Shown here in pieces: positions 28,173 through 38,192 of a stretch of 64,000 nt of DNA. Position 1 is the stretch's first letter. The number at the start of each line of letters is the position of its first letter. The notes beneath the pieces were generated by a model. The model had not been told where the DNA came from and did no database searches. It was given only the letters and a program-made list of their open reading frames with translations. The translations under genes and the position numbers were made by a program. The DNA comes from Opitutales bacterium (GTDB lineage: Bacteria; Verrucomicrobiota; Verrucomicrobiia; Opitutales; JAFGAQ01): assembly GCA_022361075.1 (NCBI GenBank), contig JAKSBQ010000390.1, forward strand, positions 10,079 through 74,078. Direction: 5' to 3'.

Positions 28173-29582
28173 TCAGTAAGCTTTATCAGAGGGACGAAGT
28201 AACTCCGATATCGTTCTGAATATGATATCGATATCCATCCCGATAGACCAAGAATTGATGTAAGCGATATCCATTTTGATCCGATTTTGGATCGACTTTT
28301 CATCGGTAACTTCACCACGGAATCCATTAACCTGCGCGAGTCCAGTTAAACCCGGTTTCACGAAGTGCCTAATTCGATAAGTCTGAATGTTGTCCGCAAA
28401 TTTGGAGTCATGCTTTACCAAATGCGGACGAGGGCCTACCACACTCATGTCTCCCCTGAGCACGTTTATAAATTGAGGAAACTCGTCGACGCTCCTGCGC
28501 CGCATAAACGAACCAAAAGAAAAAACCCGGTCGTCCGATTGGGTCGCCTGTTTATCCTCGTTTGATCGATCCTTCTGCACATGCATCGAGCGAAACTTAA
28601 AGATTTTGAATCGTTGTTTCTGAAATCCACTCCGATATTGAATGTGAAACAAGGGTCCAGGCGATTGGCGGGACTGCATAATCATCACCCAAATGCACAT
28701 GAAAGGAAGTAGTCCAAACACAATCGGGACCGAAACCATGATGTCTAAAAATCTTTTGGCAATTCGGTTGAAAGGGCTTTGCAATGGTTCATCCTGAAGT
28801 GTGAAAAAGGTATGAATTCCGTGTCTGGTGAAATGGACTGGCTGATCAAAATAATCCTGCCAGAAGTTGAAAATCATCACGTGACATCCAAACTGGTCGC
28901 AAATACGGAAGACCTCATTAAACCACTTCTTTGAGGTTTCACTTTCCATCACGATTACCTGGTCAACCGAATATTCGTCAAGTATCGCGTCCAGATCTTC
29001 CAGTTTCCCGATCACAGGAATCATCGAATTCTCTTCATCTGATCCGTTGAAGGCGACGATCCCCGCCAACTCAAATCCTGATCGCGGTAAGTCCTTCACA
29101 AACGCAGCGCAATCCTTGATTTTGGAAGGGCTCCCTATGAGAACGGTCGTAAACCTTTGAGATTTCCCGAAAAGAAACCCGGATACAAAAACCGGAAGGA
29201 AACGATTCAGGATCAGCAATGTTGGCCACAAACTCACGAGATAAGTGCTCAAAAACACACGTGACATGCCCTTATCCTTCGTCGCGAACACAATTGCGAA
29301 GAGCACGGTCAACAAAACCAGTGTGAGTTTGTTCGTGCGCGTAATAGAATCCATCCATAGTCCACGTCTTTCTGCCGAACCATCGCTCGACTGATTACCG
29401 GACACTGCGAGTTGAGCCACCACAAGGCCCAGAATATAAATTCCGTAGTTCGTCTGGGCATAGGTGATTTGACCAATCCATTCGACACCTACGTAAACGT
29501 TGATACCGAACCAAATCAGCACCCAGCTGAAGATTAGCCAAAACTGAAAAACGGACACTCCACTTTGTCGACGAGCAATCAT
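28173..29582 (-). CDS. polyprenyl-phosphate sugar phosphotransferase (WbaP/exopolysaccharide priming transferase family)
   Basis: 469 aa with N-terminal TM segments and a C-terminal Bac_transf signature: FKIFKFRSM, DEFPQFINVLRGDMSVVGPRPH and KPGLTGLAQV. Confidence 0.88.
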   Translation of the reverse strand: MIARRQSGVSVFQFWLIFSWVLIWFGINVYVGVEWIGQITYAQTNYGIYILGLVVAQLAVSGNQSSDGSAERRGLWMDSITRTNKLTLVLLTVLFAIVFATKDKGMSRVFLSTYLVSLWPTLLILNRFLPVFVSGFLFGKSQRFTTVLIGSPSKIKDCAAFVKDLPRSGFELAGIVAFNGSDEENSMIPVIGKLEDLDAILDEYSVDQVIVMESETSKKWFNEVFRICDQFGCHVMIFNFWQDYFDQPVHFTRHGIHTFFTLQDEPLQSPFNRIAKRFLDIMVSVPIVFGLLPFMCIWVMIMQSRQSPGPLFHIQYRSGFQKQRFKIFKFRSMHVQKDRSNEDKQATQSDDRVFSFGSFMRRRSVDEFPQFINVLRGDMSVVGPRPHLVKHDSKFADNIQTYRIRHFVKPGLTGLAQVNGFRGEVTDEKSIQNRIKMDIAYINSWSIGMDIDIIFRTISELLRPSDKAY

Positions 29583-29616
29583 GGAACTTCAATATACGAC
29601 CACTTTGACTGAAATT

Positions 29617-30027
29617 TTACGAGAATAATTTCCGAATGAGTCGAAGGTCTCTTTTTGTGGGACGACCGAGACCGCGATCTCTCTTCGGCGCATAGGTGTG
29701 AGCTTCTTTTTGCAACTCCAGTTCTCTCAGTTCCTCCTCAGGAGTTTCGTCCATCAGATACTTCTCGACTTCCTTCGCTGATACCCTTCTCTCAACAATA
29801 TCTCGTACCAAATAAGATCGAGTGATCGGGCCTCTCCGCATCGAAAAACGATCACCCACGAAGAGTTTTTTGGAGGGTTTCACTTTATCACCGTCTACTC
29901 TCACGTCTCCGGACTGGCACGCTTCGATCGCGACCGTTCGAGTTTTACAAAGCCGAGTGTGCCACAAAAACCGATCAAACCGAATGCCGGTTTTTTCCTT
30001 ACTTTTGGGATCCGTAACGTCCTTCAT
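29617..30027 (-). CDS. S4-domain RNA-binding protein (Hsp15/HslR-like)
   Basis: IRFDRFLWHTRLCKTRTVAIEACQSGDVRVDGDKVKPSKKL, an S4 alpha-L motif. It overlaps maf by 4 nt. Confidence 0.75.
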   Translation of the reverse strand: MKDVTDPKSKEKTGIRFDRFLWHTRLCKTRTVAIEACQSGDVRVDGDKVKPSKKLFVGDRFSMRRGPITRSYLVRDIVERRVSAKEVEKYLMDETPEEELRELELQKEAHTYAPKRDRGLGRPTKRDLRLIRKLFS

Positions 30028-30593
30028 TTTCTTAATGCGTTAAGCCTTATTTGCAATCGTTCCAGTGGCAACCCCACAATATTCGAATAAGAGCCTTCGA
30101 AACCAGCGGTCAAGCTTCCGAGCAAACGTTGAATCGGATAAGCTCCGGCAAACTGTTTGAAATCAATAGCTCCTAGGTAGTAATCAATCTGCTCCTCACC
30201 TAGGTCGAAAAACTTCACAACACTTCGAACCACCCACGATTCATGAATATCCAGCCCATCACTCTCTAGAGCAACGCCCGAAAAAACCTCATGCTCACAA
30301 CCTGAAAGACTCCTCAGCATTTCCCTTGCATGTGCCAAATCTTTTGGCTTTCCCAGCGAATCGCCGCGGTGAGCAACCACTGTATCAGAACCAATCACCA
30401 GCGAATTCGGAAACTTCGAGCTCACAGCTTTCGCCTTCAAAACCGCATTCACCCCTGCTAAACGCTCGGGTCCCTCGGAATGATGGATCAGCTCCTCAAC
30501 TTCCTCTGTATGAATTTCAAAATGAGGCGTAACCCTCCTCAACAACTGTTTTCGTCGCGGTGATTTGGAAGCCAATAGGAGAGGCAAACTCAT
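30024..30593 (-). CDS. maf: Maf-like nucleoside triphosphate pyrophosphatase
   Basis: LLLASKSPRRKQLL, GSDTVV, GAYPIQ and NIVGLPL motifs. Confidence 0.88.
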   Translation of the reverse strand: MSLPLLLASKSPRRKQLLRRVTPHFEIHTEEVEELIHHSEGPERLAGVNAVLKAKAVSSKFPNSLVIGSDTVVAHRGDSLGKPKDLAHAREMLRSLSGCEHEVFSGVALESDGLDIHESWVVRSVVKFFDLGEEQIDYYLGAIDFKQFAGAYPIQRLLGSLTAGFEGSYSNIVGLPLERLQIRLNALRK

Positions 30594-30604
30594 CAGTTTT
30601 TAAG

Positions 30605-31903
30605 TTAAGATTCAAGCCGGATTTCCAGAGAATTGCCATGCGCATCAAGCTGTTCAAGCTTACTGAAAGTCCGAACAACTGGTGCAGCTTTTTGGATCGA
30701 TTTCGCATCATACCTTACCACACTGGTTCGCCTCATGAAGTCCGCCAATCGAAGCCCACTCATGAATCGGCCCGCACCTCCTGTCGGTAACGTATGACTA
30801 GGCCCGGCAGTAAAATCTCCCAAAACGGTCGGGGTATGATGCCCAACAAGCATCGCCCCGGCAGTAGTGATGTTTTCCAAATAATAATCTATCGAATCTT
30901 CATTCACTTGGATTTCCAGGTGTTCAGGAGCGAATTGGTTCAGCACCGCTACCGCCTCTTCAGGTTTCGAATAAGTGATTCTCACAAATTTTTCCTGAAT
31001 CACTTTGCGAATCGCTTCCGAGTGAATGCGCTGAGGCAGTTGCTCTTCAATCGCTTGCTCAACTTTCTGAATCAACTCATTATCCGATGAGAGAAAGAGC
31101 ACCCGTTCTTTTCCGGATCCGTGCTCTGCTTGTGCGAGAAGGTCTGCGGCGATCCAATCGGGATTGGCGGTCTCATCTGCAAGAAGTCCGATCTCACTGG
31201 GTCCTGGAAGAAGATCTACACCCACCTGCCCAAAAACTTGTCTTTTTGCTTCCAACACGTAGGCATTTCCAGGGCCAAAAACCTTATCTACAGGTTCGAT
31301 GATCTGTGTGCCGTAAGCTAAAGCAGCGATCGCTTGAGCTCCACCAACTTTGTAAATCTCATCTACTCCACAAATCTCAAGGGCCGCCAACATCCCCGGA
31401 GCAATGGATCCGTCAGGCAAAGGTGGAGTCACGACTACGATACGAGGATTGCCCGCGATTTTCGCAAGGACTGCAGACATCAAAACCGAGGACACCAAAG
31501 GCACATTTCCGCCTGGGACGTAAAGGCCCACCGCTCGAATCGGGTAATGCCTTTCGCCAACCATGCCTCCGTCGCCATTCTCGGTCAGCCAATTCTCGGG
31601 TTTGTTTTGAAGGTGATAGGCTTCAATTTGTGATTTGGCTTTCTCGATATTCGAAAGTTCTTCATCCGAAAGTGAAGATTTGCCACTTACCAGTTCTAAT
31701 TTGTTCACGCGAAAGTTGCTCGCATCAATCTTCGCTTTATCAAATCTTTCGGTGAGCTCAAAAATCGCTTCGTCACCACTATCTTTTACTGAGGTGATGA
31801 TCTCAGTGACACGTTTCTCCAATTCGGATCGATCCGCGAGGTTTTGTTCAAATCGCTGAAGAATCTCGGGCAATCCCGGATCACTCGCTTTTAATGTCAA
31901 CAT
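30605..31903 (-). CDS. hisD: histidinol dehydrogenase
   Basis: 432 aa with GLYVPGG, GPGNAYV, AQAEHG and TGGAGRF-type motifs. Confidence 0.92.
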   Translation of the reverse strand: MLTLKASDPGLPEILQRFEQNLADRSELEKRVTEIITSVKDSGDEAIFELTERFDKAKIDASNFRVNKLELVSGKSSLSDEELSNIEKAKSQIEAYHLQNKPENWLTENGDGGMVGERHYPIRAVGLYVPGGNVPLVSSVLMSAVLAKIAGNPRIVVVTPPLPDGSIAPGMLAALEICGVDEIYKVGGAQAIAALAYGTQIIEPVDKVFGPGNAYVLEAKRQVFGQVGVDLLPGPSEIGLLADETANPDWIAADLLAQAEHGSGKERVLFLSSDNELIQKVEQAIEEQLPQRIHSEAIRKVIQEKFVRITYSKPEEAVAVLNQFAPEHLEIQVNEDSIDYYLENITTAGAMLVGHHTPTVLGDFTAGPSHTLPTGGAGRFMSGLRLADFMRRTSVVRYDAKSIQKAAPVVRTFSKLEQLDAHGNSLEIRLES

Positions 31904-31918
31904 CAGTTCCCCAGCTTT

Positions 31919-32656
31919 CTAGAACAAAGGATAATCAAACTCTGAATCATCAATCTCAGGATTGACGATTACTTCGTCGAAAATCATCTCGAAGGTTTTC
32001 TGCTCGATCAGATAACCTACAATCTGCTTCGAAAAACGAACCCCATGCACGATGAGCTCACCCGATTCTACCGTCCTGACTCCAGTGTCCAAAACGGATT
32101 GATAAAGATCACCCGTTTCGGGATCAAAAAAACGACTAAACACGTATTTGCCACGATGGATGAAGTCCACCTGGTGAGCCTTTCCTCCTTCGTAATCCAC
32201 AAGCCCTTTGTCTGAAACGTTTTCATCATTGAAATCGAAAGGACGAAAGAAACTCAGGTTCTCAATCGCTGCAGCTTTGTTTCGCCTGGATTCCTCACTG
32301 TCGATGGAGCGAGTGCTCTTGACAGGCTTCCCAGACTCATCCTGTGAAGTTAGACTCTCATAACCTTCATAGCCGTTGAAACCACTTTCCATCACACTAT
32401 CCGGGAATATGAATTCAATCTTCTGTAGATGCGGTTTCTTGAAGGTTAGTACGACTTTTCCTTCCATAACCTCTTCCTGGAAGAGTTTTACGGTTCCTCT
32501 ATATTGCACCGCCTCGATTGCGGTTAGAGCTTCTTCAGAACCCAAATGCGCCCGCGCTTTTTTGACAATCGCCTCAACTTCGGGAATTCCCGCGAACGAA
32601 ATGGAACTGAAAAACGAGAAGGTGAAAAGTGTAAGTATAAGATTTCGAAGCTTCAT
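31919..32656 (-). CDS. secreted protein, possibly LolA-like/outer-membrane lipoprotein-sorting fold
   Basis: I moved the start to ATG 32656 (MKLRNLILTLFTFSFFSSISFA signal peptide). The sequence is beta-rich with a GFNGYEGY block like the LolA-fold families. Function is tentative. Confidence 0.45.
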   Translation of the reverse strand: MKLRNLILTLFTFSFFSSISFAGIPEVEAIVKKARAHLGSEEALTAIEAVQYRGTVKLFQEEVMEGKVVLTFKKPHLQKIEFIFPDSVMESGFNGYEGYESLTSQDESGKPVKSTRSIDSEESRRNKAAAIENLSFFRPFDFNDENVSDKGLVDYEGGKAHQVDFIHRGKYVFSRFFDPETGDLYQSVLDTGVRTVESGELIVHGVRFSKQIVGYLIEQKTFEMIFDEVIVNPEIDDSEFDYPLF

Positions 32657-32681
32657 TGGATCTAATGGTTTTGGATGAAAA

Positions 32682-34220
32682 TTATTCCCACTCAATGGTG
32701 GCCGGAGGCTTGGAACTCACGTCGTAAACCACGCGGTTCACTCCCTTTACTTCATTGATGATACGGTTGGAAACCTTCCCAAGCAATTCGTAAGGAAGGT
32801 GCGCCCAATCGGCCGTCATGGCATCTTTGCTCTCCACACAACGAAGTGCGATCACGTAATCGTAAGTTCGTTCGTCGCCCATAACACCGACGCTTTGAAC
32901 AGGAAGAAAAACACAAAACGCCTGCCAAACTTTGTAGTACAGATCAGCCGCTTTCATTTCTTCGATGAAAATCGCGTCCGCTTCCCGAAGAATTTTTAGA
33001 CGATCTTCAGTCACTTCGCCCATCACCCGAACAGCAAGTCCAGGACCGGGGAACGGTTGACGCCACACGACTTCCTTCGGGAGTCCGAGTTCTTCACCGA
33101 GTTTGCGCACTTCGTCTTTAAAAAGCTCCTTGAGCGGCTCAAGCAGACTCAGCTTCATGTCCTCAGGAAGACCGCCTACGTTGTGGTGCGACTTGATGAG
33201 CGCCGCCGGATTCCCATCGATCGGAACACTTTCGATGATGTCCGGATAAAGCGTTCCCTGAGCGAGAAAATCCACTCCGTCGATCCCCGCGATCGATTGG
33301 TCAAACACTTCCACGAAAACATTGCCGATGATTTTGCGTTTTTTCTCCGGATCGGTCACTCCGCTGAGTCTTTCGAGAAACTGAGCCGACGCATCAACAG
33401 TTGTAAGGTCCATCTCAAAATTGTCACCAAACAGTTTTTCCACCCCAGCACGCTCGTCTTTGCGAAGAACTCCGTTGTCCACAAACACACATTTCAACTG
33501 ATCACCAATCGCTCGGTGGATAAGCGCCGCCGCAACCGAGGAGTCAACGCCTCCACTCAATCCAAGCACCACTTTTCGGTCACCTACGATTTCTCGAATT
33601 TCTTCGATTTTTTGATCTACGAAATTCGCCATGACCCAGTCTGCGCGAAATCCACAAACTTTGATCAAAAAGTTCTCAATAATTTCATTGCCGTATTCGC
33701 TGTGAACCACCTCGGGGTGAAACTGAAGTCCGTAAAACTGCTTCTCTTTATTCTCAATCACCGCGTAAGGAGCGTTTTCGGTTACGGCAATAGGATGAAA
33801 TCCCTCAGGCAGTTGCTCCAGACGGTCGCCGTGTGAATTCCATACTTTGAAAGACTCAGGGAGATTCGAAAAAAGTAGTGATCGTGCACTTCTTTTGAGT
33901 GTGCCACGGCCATATTCACGCTCATTACCTGCTTCAACCCGACCACCAAGAAGATGACCCATGAGTTGCAGACCGTAACAAATCCCCATTACGGGGACAC
34001 CAAGATTAAAGATCTCCAGATCGGGCATCGGAGCCCCTTCTTTTAGAACACTCGAAGGTCCACCCGAAAGAATGATTCCTTTTACTCCGTCATTTTTGAG
34101 AGTCTCTGCGGAGACGCTAAAAGGATAAATCTTCGAATAAACTCTGTTTTCCCGAATACGTCGGGCGATTACCTGGGTATACTGCGACCCAAAATCCAAT
34201 ACAGCTAAAGACTCTCTCAT
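32682..34220 (-). CDS. guaA: GMP synthase (glutamine-hydrolysing)
   Basis: [36 protein letters not shown] and the C-terminal PPATIEWE. I moved the start to ATG 34220; the 42-codon upstream extension is not GuaA-like. Confidence 0.93.
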   Translation of the reverse strand: MRESLAVLDFGSQYTQVIARRIRENRVYSKIYPFSVSAETLKNDGVKGIILSGGPSSVLKEGAPMPDLEIFNLGVPVMGICYGLQLMGHLLGGRVEAGNEREYGRGTLKRSARSLLFSNLPESFKVWNSHGDRLEQLPEGFHPIAVTENAPYAVIENKEKQFYGLQFHPEVVHSEYGNEIIENFLIKVCGFRADWVMANFVDQKIEEIREIVGDRKVVLGLSGGVDSSVAAALIHRAIGDQLKCVFVDNGVLRKDERAGVEKLFGDNFEMDLTTVDASAQFLERLSGVTDPEKKRKIIGNVFVEVFDQSIAGIDGVDFLAQGTLYPDIIESVPIDGNPAALIKSHHNVGGLPEDMKLSLLEPLKELFKDEVRKLGEELGLPKEVVWRQPFPGPGLAVRVMGEVTEDRLKILREADAIFIEEMKAADLYYKVWQAFCVFLPVQSVGVMGDERTYDYVIALRCVESKDAMTADWAHLPYELLGKVSNRIINEVKGVNRVVYDVSSKPPATIEWE

Positions 34221-34260
34221 ACGTCCTAACCTAAATTGTGAATCATTCGAATAATCAACC

Positions 34261-34494
34261 CTAGAATCGAAGTTTGATATTGTCCATCTGGCATCTCGGA
34301 CAATTCGCCTCCTCGATTCCCTTCGCAGCGGTGTAAACATGACCACATTTCACGCAATGAAAGATCACTCGGTCCCTCTTGTTCTGGTGAATGGATTTGC
34401 CATAAGTATCGTAGTAGATCCACAAAATCGCGATAAATCCCAGGCCAATGAAAATCCCCGTGCTGACAAAGAGGTTGATATCGACAGTAAACAC
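34261..34494 (-). CDS. small membrane-anchored zinc-ribbon protein
   Basis: 77 aa with one TM segment ([23 protein letters not shown]), then CVKCGH...N13...CPRCQ. There is an 8-nt gap after exbD and a 40-nt gap before guaA. Confidence 0.6.
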   Translation of the reverse strand: MFTVDINLFVSTGIFIGLGFIAILWIYYDTYGKSIHQNKRDRVIFHCVKCGHVYTAAKGIEEANCPRCQMDNIKLRF

Positions 34495-34502
34495 GACAGG
34501 AA

Positions 34503-34898
34503 CTACCTCGATTTGAGTTTCAGTTTGTTCATGTTATTACCGCGAGCCCAATCCATGACTTTCGTCACGTGTTTTAACGCTGTCTCTTCGTCCGAAACGA
34601 GTAAAATCGGCTGATCCGGATTGTTCTCACCCGCAATCTCAAGTGCTTTCTCCAACTGCTCTTCATTCACCGGATGATTGTTGAGGTAAAATTCTCCTTC
34701 AGGACCAATCGCAATAAGAATCTGCTCGGTCAATGCGTTGGAGCCAGCAGTTTCAATCTTGGGAGGTGTGATGTTCAAGACATCCTCATTCTTGAACTGC
34801 ATGGTCATCAGAAAAAAGAAAATAAGCACCATCAATACATCCACCAGAGGGATGATGTTGATATCCGACTTTTTCCTCTTCCTGGTTACCAGACTCAT
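34503..34898 (-). CDS. exbD: ExbD/TolR-family biopolymer transport protein
   Basis: INIIPLVDVLMVLIFFFL N-terminal TM with the conserved Asp, followed by a periplasmic domain. Confidence 0.85.
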   Translation of the reverse strand: MSLVTRKRKKSDINIIPLVDVLMVLIFFFLMTMQFKNEDVLNITPPKIETAGSNALTEQILIAIGPEGEFYLNNHPVNEEQLEKALEIAGENNPDQPILLVSDEETALKHVTKVMDWARGNNMNKLKLKSR

Positions 34899-34903
34899 CG
34901 AGA

Positions 34904-35476
34904 TCAGCTATTCTTTTTGGAAATATCAATCAAACGCTCGACACCCACTTCGATCTTCGCAGCAAGGGATTCCACTCGACGCATCAAATAAGCATTACCG
35001 ATCAGAGCTGGAATCGCGATCGCAAGGCCTAAAACAGTCGTCGAAAGCGCCAGGGCAATACCTTTAACAAACGCCGCAGGGTCCGGCATTCCGGTGGTTT
35101 CCGAAAACCCGGAAAATACTCCAACCAAGCCAGTTACCGTTCCCAAAAGTCCCAGAAGAGGAGCGGCGGCAATCACAATGTCGAGGATGAAAAGCCCACG
35201 TTCCATTTCATTCACCTGTAACCTCGCAAACGCTTTCAGGCCTTCCTCGTCAGGATCGTTGGATTTATAAAACAGAACAATACGACCTCCCACCGTCCCG
35301 GCGTCGATTTTCTGGTTGAGAACGTCACCGGAAACGAACGCATCCACAAGATCATCCGGAATAATCGCCGATTTTCGAAGCGCAATCAACCGCTCCACGA
35401 TAATGATGACCCCCAGCAGTGAACAGACTGCAAGGGGATAAATGAAATAACCCGCTCCTTCGACAATTCCAAACAT
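34904..35476 (-). CDS. exbB: MotA/TolQ/ExbB-family proton channel
   Basis: Three TM segments with APLLGLLGTVTGLVGVF and ALSTTVLGLAIAIPALIGNAYL signatures. Confidence 0.85.
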   Translation of the reverse strand: MFGIVEGAGYFIYPLAVCSLLGVIIIVERLIALRKSAIIPDDLVDAFVSGDVLNQKIDAGTVGGRIVLFYKSNDPDEEGLKAFARLQVNEMERGLFILDIVIAAAPLLGLLGTVTGLVGVFSGFSETTGMPDPAAFVKGIALALSTTVLGLAIAIPALIGNAYLMRRVESLAAKIEVGVERLIDISKKNS

Positions 35477-35485
35477 ATCAAACTC

Positions 35486-36085
35486 TTAATAACCCGAAAC
35501 GTATGGAAGAGATGCAGCAACACCGTCGATGTTGGACTCACTCAGTTCCGCAATCGGATCAAACTTACCTTCGACAAGCGCTTGATAAGCGGTTTCAGCG
35601 ATCGTGAATGGAGTCACCCAATCGCCAGCCTTCACACATTTCTCTTCCAAATCGATTTCAACTACCATTTCTGGTTGTTGGTTGATGAGATCCGCCAGTT
35701 CGTTCAATTTTTCCCTCGGCAGACTCACACATGGAATTCCCAACGTCGTGGAGTTACCAAAAAAGATCTCTGCAAAACTTCCGGCGATGATTGCCCTGAT
35801 ACCCGCACGGTAGAGCGCTTGAGGTGCGTGCTCGCGTGAACTTCCACAACCAAAATTCGCTCCGGATACCAACACGGAGGCCCCCGCAAATTTTTCGCTT
35901 TTGAAAGGAAATACCCTTCCAGCATTCTCTGCTTCCTTGATCGCATCGGCGAACGCGAATTCACCGAGCCCATCAAAAGTAACGCACTTCATGAAGCGGG
36001 CTGGGATGATGCGGTCGGTATCGATCTCATCACCCATGACTGGAACTGCGGTTCCACTAACATTCAAAACTTTTTGCAATGCCAT
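35486..36085 (-). CDS. leuD: 3-isopropylmalate dehydratase small subunit
   Basis: DTDRIIPARF and GANFGCGSSREHAPQAL motifs. Confidence 0.92.
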   Translation of the reverse strand: MALQKVLNVSGTAVPVMGDEIDTDRIIPARFMKCVTFDGLGEFAFADAIKEAENAGRVFPFKSEKFAGASVLVSGANFGCGSSREHAPQALYRAGIRAIIAGSFAEIFFGNSTTLGIPCVSLPREKLNELADLINQQPEMVVEIDLEEKCVKAGDWVTPFTIAETAYQALVEGKFDPIAELSESNIDGVAASLPYVSGY

Positions 36086-36106
36086 TTCTAAATTCTCCTA
36101 TCTTGA

Positions 36107-37516
36107 TTAAGCGATATCAAATACCTCTCTGGCATCTGCGACCTCCCCCTTGACCGCAGCAGCAGCCACCATCACCGGACTCATCAAAACGGTTCGCCCC
36201 GTCGGGCTTCCCTGGCGTCCTTTAAAATTTCGGTTACTTGAACTCGCACAAAGTTGATCTCCAACCAGTTGGTCGGGATTCATGCCTAAACACATCGAAC
36301 AACCCGCTCCTCGCCATTCAAATCCGGCTTCTTCAAAAATCTTCGCAATTCCCTTTGCTTCTGCGATACCCGCAACTACCTGTGAACCGGGAACGACAAT
36401 CGCTTTCACGTGATCCGCAACTTTTCTCCCTTTCAGATACTTTGCGGCTTCTTCAAAGTCCGACAGTCTACCGTTGGTACAACTTCCGAGGAATGCTACA
36501 TCCACTTTGGTGCCTTTCACCGGATCACCCGCCTTGAGTTTCATGTGCTCGTAGGCCTCGACCGCGGTTTCGCGACTCTCGACCGGCATGCTCGCAGGGT
36601 CTGGAAGGTTTTCATCAATAAAAATCGCTTGCTCGGGATTGATTCCCCAAGTCACTGTTGGTGCGATATCCTCAGCGTTGATGTTGACCACATCATCGTA
36701 TTCGCAACCCTCATCAGAGCGGAACGATTTCCAGTGCTCAACCGCGCGATCCCACGCTTCATCCTCTGGTGCATAGGGTCGCCCCTTCAGGTATTCGAAG
36801 GTTTTTTCATCAGGGTTTACATAACCGCAACGAGCACCCCCTTCGATGGACATGTTACACACGGTCATACGCTCTTCGAGGGAGAACTGATCGAAAATCT
36901 CTCCACCATATTCGTAAGCATAGCCAAGACCACCTTTGACGCCGAGAATCCGGATGATGTGTAAAATCACGTCCTTAGCGTAAACTCCCGGGCGCAATTT
37001 ACCGTGAACGTTGATTCGGCGAACCTTCAACGGATTCAAGGCCATGGTCTGGGTCGCAAGAATGTCTCTTACCTGACTTGTTCCGATTCCAAAAGCAATC
37101 GCGCCAAAAGCTCCGTGAGTCGCGGTGTGCGAGTCCCCACAAGCAATTGTCATTCCTGGTTGCGTAATGCCTTGCTCAGGACCCACGATGTGCACCACAC
37201 CCTGCTTACCCGTGTTGCTATCAAAGAAAGTGACTCCGCTTTCCGCACAATTCTTTCTCAGTTCCTTGATCATCGCATCAGCGAGCGGATCAGAAAACGG
37301 CTCATTGGGCTCATCCGTTGGGATGATGTGATCGACGGTGGCAAATGTGCGGTTTGGGAATTTTACCTTCATTCCCAGGTCACGTAGCATCCCGAAAGCC
37401 TGTGGGCTGGTCACCTCATGAATGAGGTGTGTACCGATGAATAACTGAGTGCGTCCATCGGATAATTTTCCGACGACATGCGCATCCCAAACCTTCTGAA
37501 ATAGACTGCGTTTCAC
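36107..37516 (-). CDS. leuC: 3-isopropylmalate dehydratase large subunit
   Basis: [21 protein letters not shown] and GSCTNGR motifs, with Cys ligands for the aconitase-type Fe-S cluster. GTG start. Confidence 0.93.
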   Translation of the reverse strand: MKRSLFQKVWDAHVVGKLSDGRTQLFIGTHLIHEVTSPQAFGMLRDLGMKVKFPNRTFATVDHIIPTDEPNEPFSDPLADAMIKELRKNCAESGVTFFDSNTGKQGVVHIVGPEQGITQPGMTIACGDSHTATHGAFGAIAFGIGTSQVRDILATQTMALNPLKVRRINVHGKLRPGVYAKDVILHIIRILGVKGGLGYAYEYGGEIFDQFSLEERMTVCNMSIEGGARCGYVNPDEKTFEYLKGRPYAPEDEAWDRAVEHWKSFRSDEGCEYDDVVNINAEDIAPTVTWGINPEQAIFIDENLPDPASMPVESRETAVEAYEHMKLKAGDPVKGTKVDVAFLGSCTNGRLSDFEEAAKYLKGRKVADHVKAIVVPGSQVVAGIAEAKGIAKIFEEAGFEWRGAGCSMCLGMNPDQLVGDQLCASSSNRNFKGRQGSPTGRTVLMSPVMVAAAAVKGEVADAREVFDIA

Positions 37517-37670
37517 GAGAGAACATTAATTTGTTAAAAATACTCAGATGGTCCTTGTGAAAAGACCGTAAGAATTTGAAACAAACCGGACCCTTTCGAG
37601 TAGTCAATGTAAATAGAAGACCTCAATTTGACGACAGCATTCACCTCAAAGGTGACCTGCGAGTAACAGA

Positions 37671-38138
37671 CTATGACTTCTTTTGGTCTGCAGAAGGAGA
37701 CATGATTCGACCCTGCAGGGCTTCATCGATGAAATCTCCCTGATTTTCATCTTCGTCTTCTTCTTTACCTGAACTCTTTTTACTTTCAGGTTCAGAATCT
37801 TCTTCAATGGTATCCTGCAAGATAATTTGACCTGTAAACTTACCACCTGGCTTAATCTCAATCGACTTGTAGGTGATTTTTCCATCTACACAACCAGACT
37901 CCATGATCACGATGTGACCATCAACGATCAGTTCACCGTCGAAACGACCACTGATCTCTGCTTCGTCCACATGACCTTTACCTTTGAAATGACCAGAATC
38001 ACTGATGATCAATGTCTTCAAGTCGGACAGTTCGCAGTTCATATTGCCGTCAAGAACAAGGCGGTCACAGTTTTCGATTCGGCCCTCTACCGAGATACCG
38101 TAACCGACAATCATTTGTTTTTCTGGTTGGTCTTTCAT
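37671..38138 (-). CDS. bactofilin-family cytoskeletal protein
   Basis: Beta-helical repeat pattern (ISVEGRIENCDRLVLDGNMNCEL...GHFKGKGHVDEAEISGRFDGELIVDGHIVI...GKITYKSIEIKPGGKFTGQI), followed by an acidic disordered tail. Confidence 0.8.
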   Translation of the reverse strand: MKDQPEKQMIVGYGISVEGRIENCDRLVLDGNMNCELSDLKTLIISDSGHFKGKGHVDEAEISGRFDGELIVDGHIVIMESGCVDGKITYKSIEIKPGGKFTGQIILQDTIEEDSEPESKKSSGKEEDEDENQGDFIDEALQGRIMSPSADQKKS

Positions 38139-38192
38139 GGATAAGTTTTGGCGTGAATTAGAAAAATTCCAAAAGTAAGCAGGAATTCCAAA

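Noticed and set aside
33057-33836. Long antisense or alternate-frame ORFs inside well-supported genes. They are 33057-33836(+) in guaA, 36410-36964(+) in leuC, 42766-43293(+) in ccoG, 54322-54957(+) in the Wzc-like gene, 4701-5249(+) in ptsI and 45809-46327(-) in ccoNO.
   Set aside because: Each lies wholly within a gene with strong family motifs in another frame or strand. Their translations are low-complexity and Arg/Ser/His-rich with no recognisable domains. These are typical shadow ORFs.
37517-37670. A leucine leader-peptide attenuator upstream of leuC.
   Set aside because: There is no small ORF with consecutive Leu codons and no convincing terminator/antiterminator pair. Only short hairpins are present, such as TCACCT-TTG-AGGTGA.
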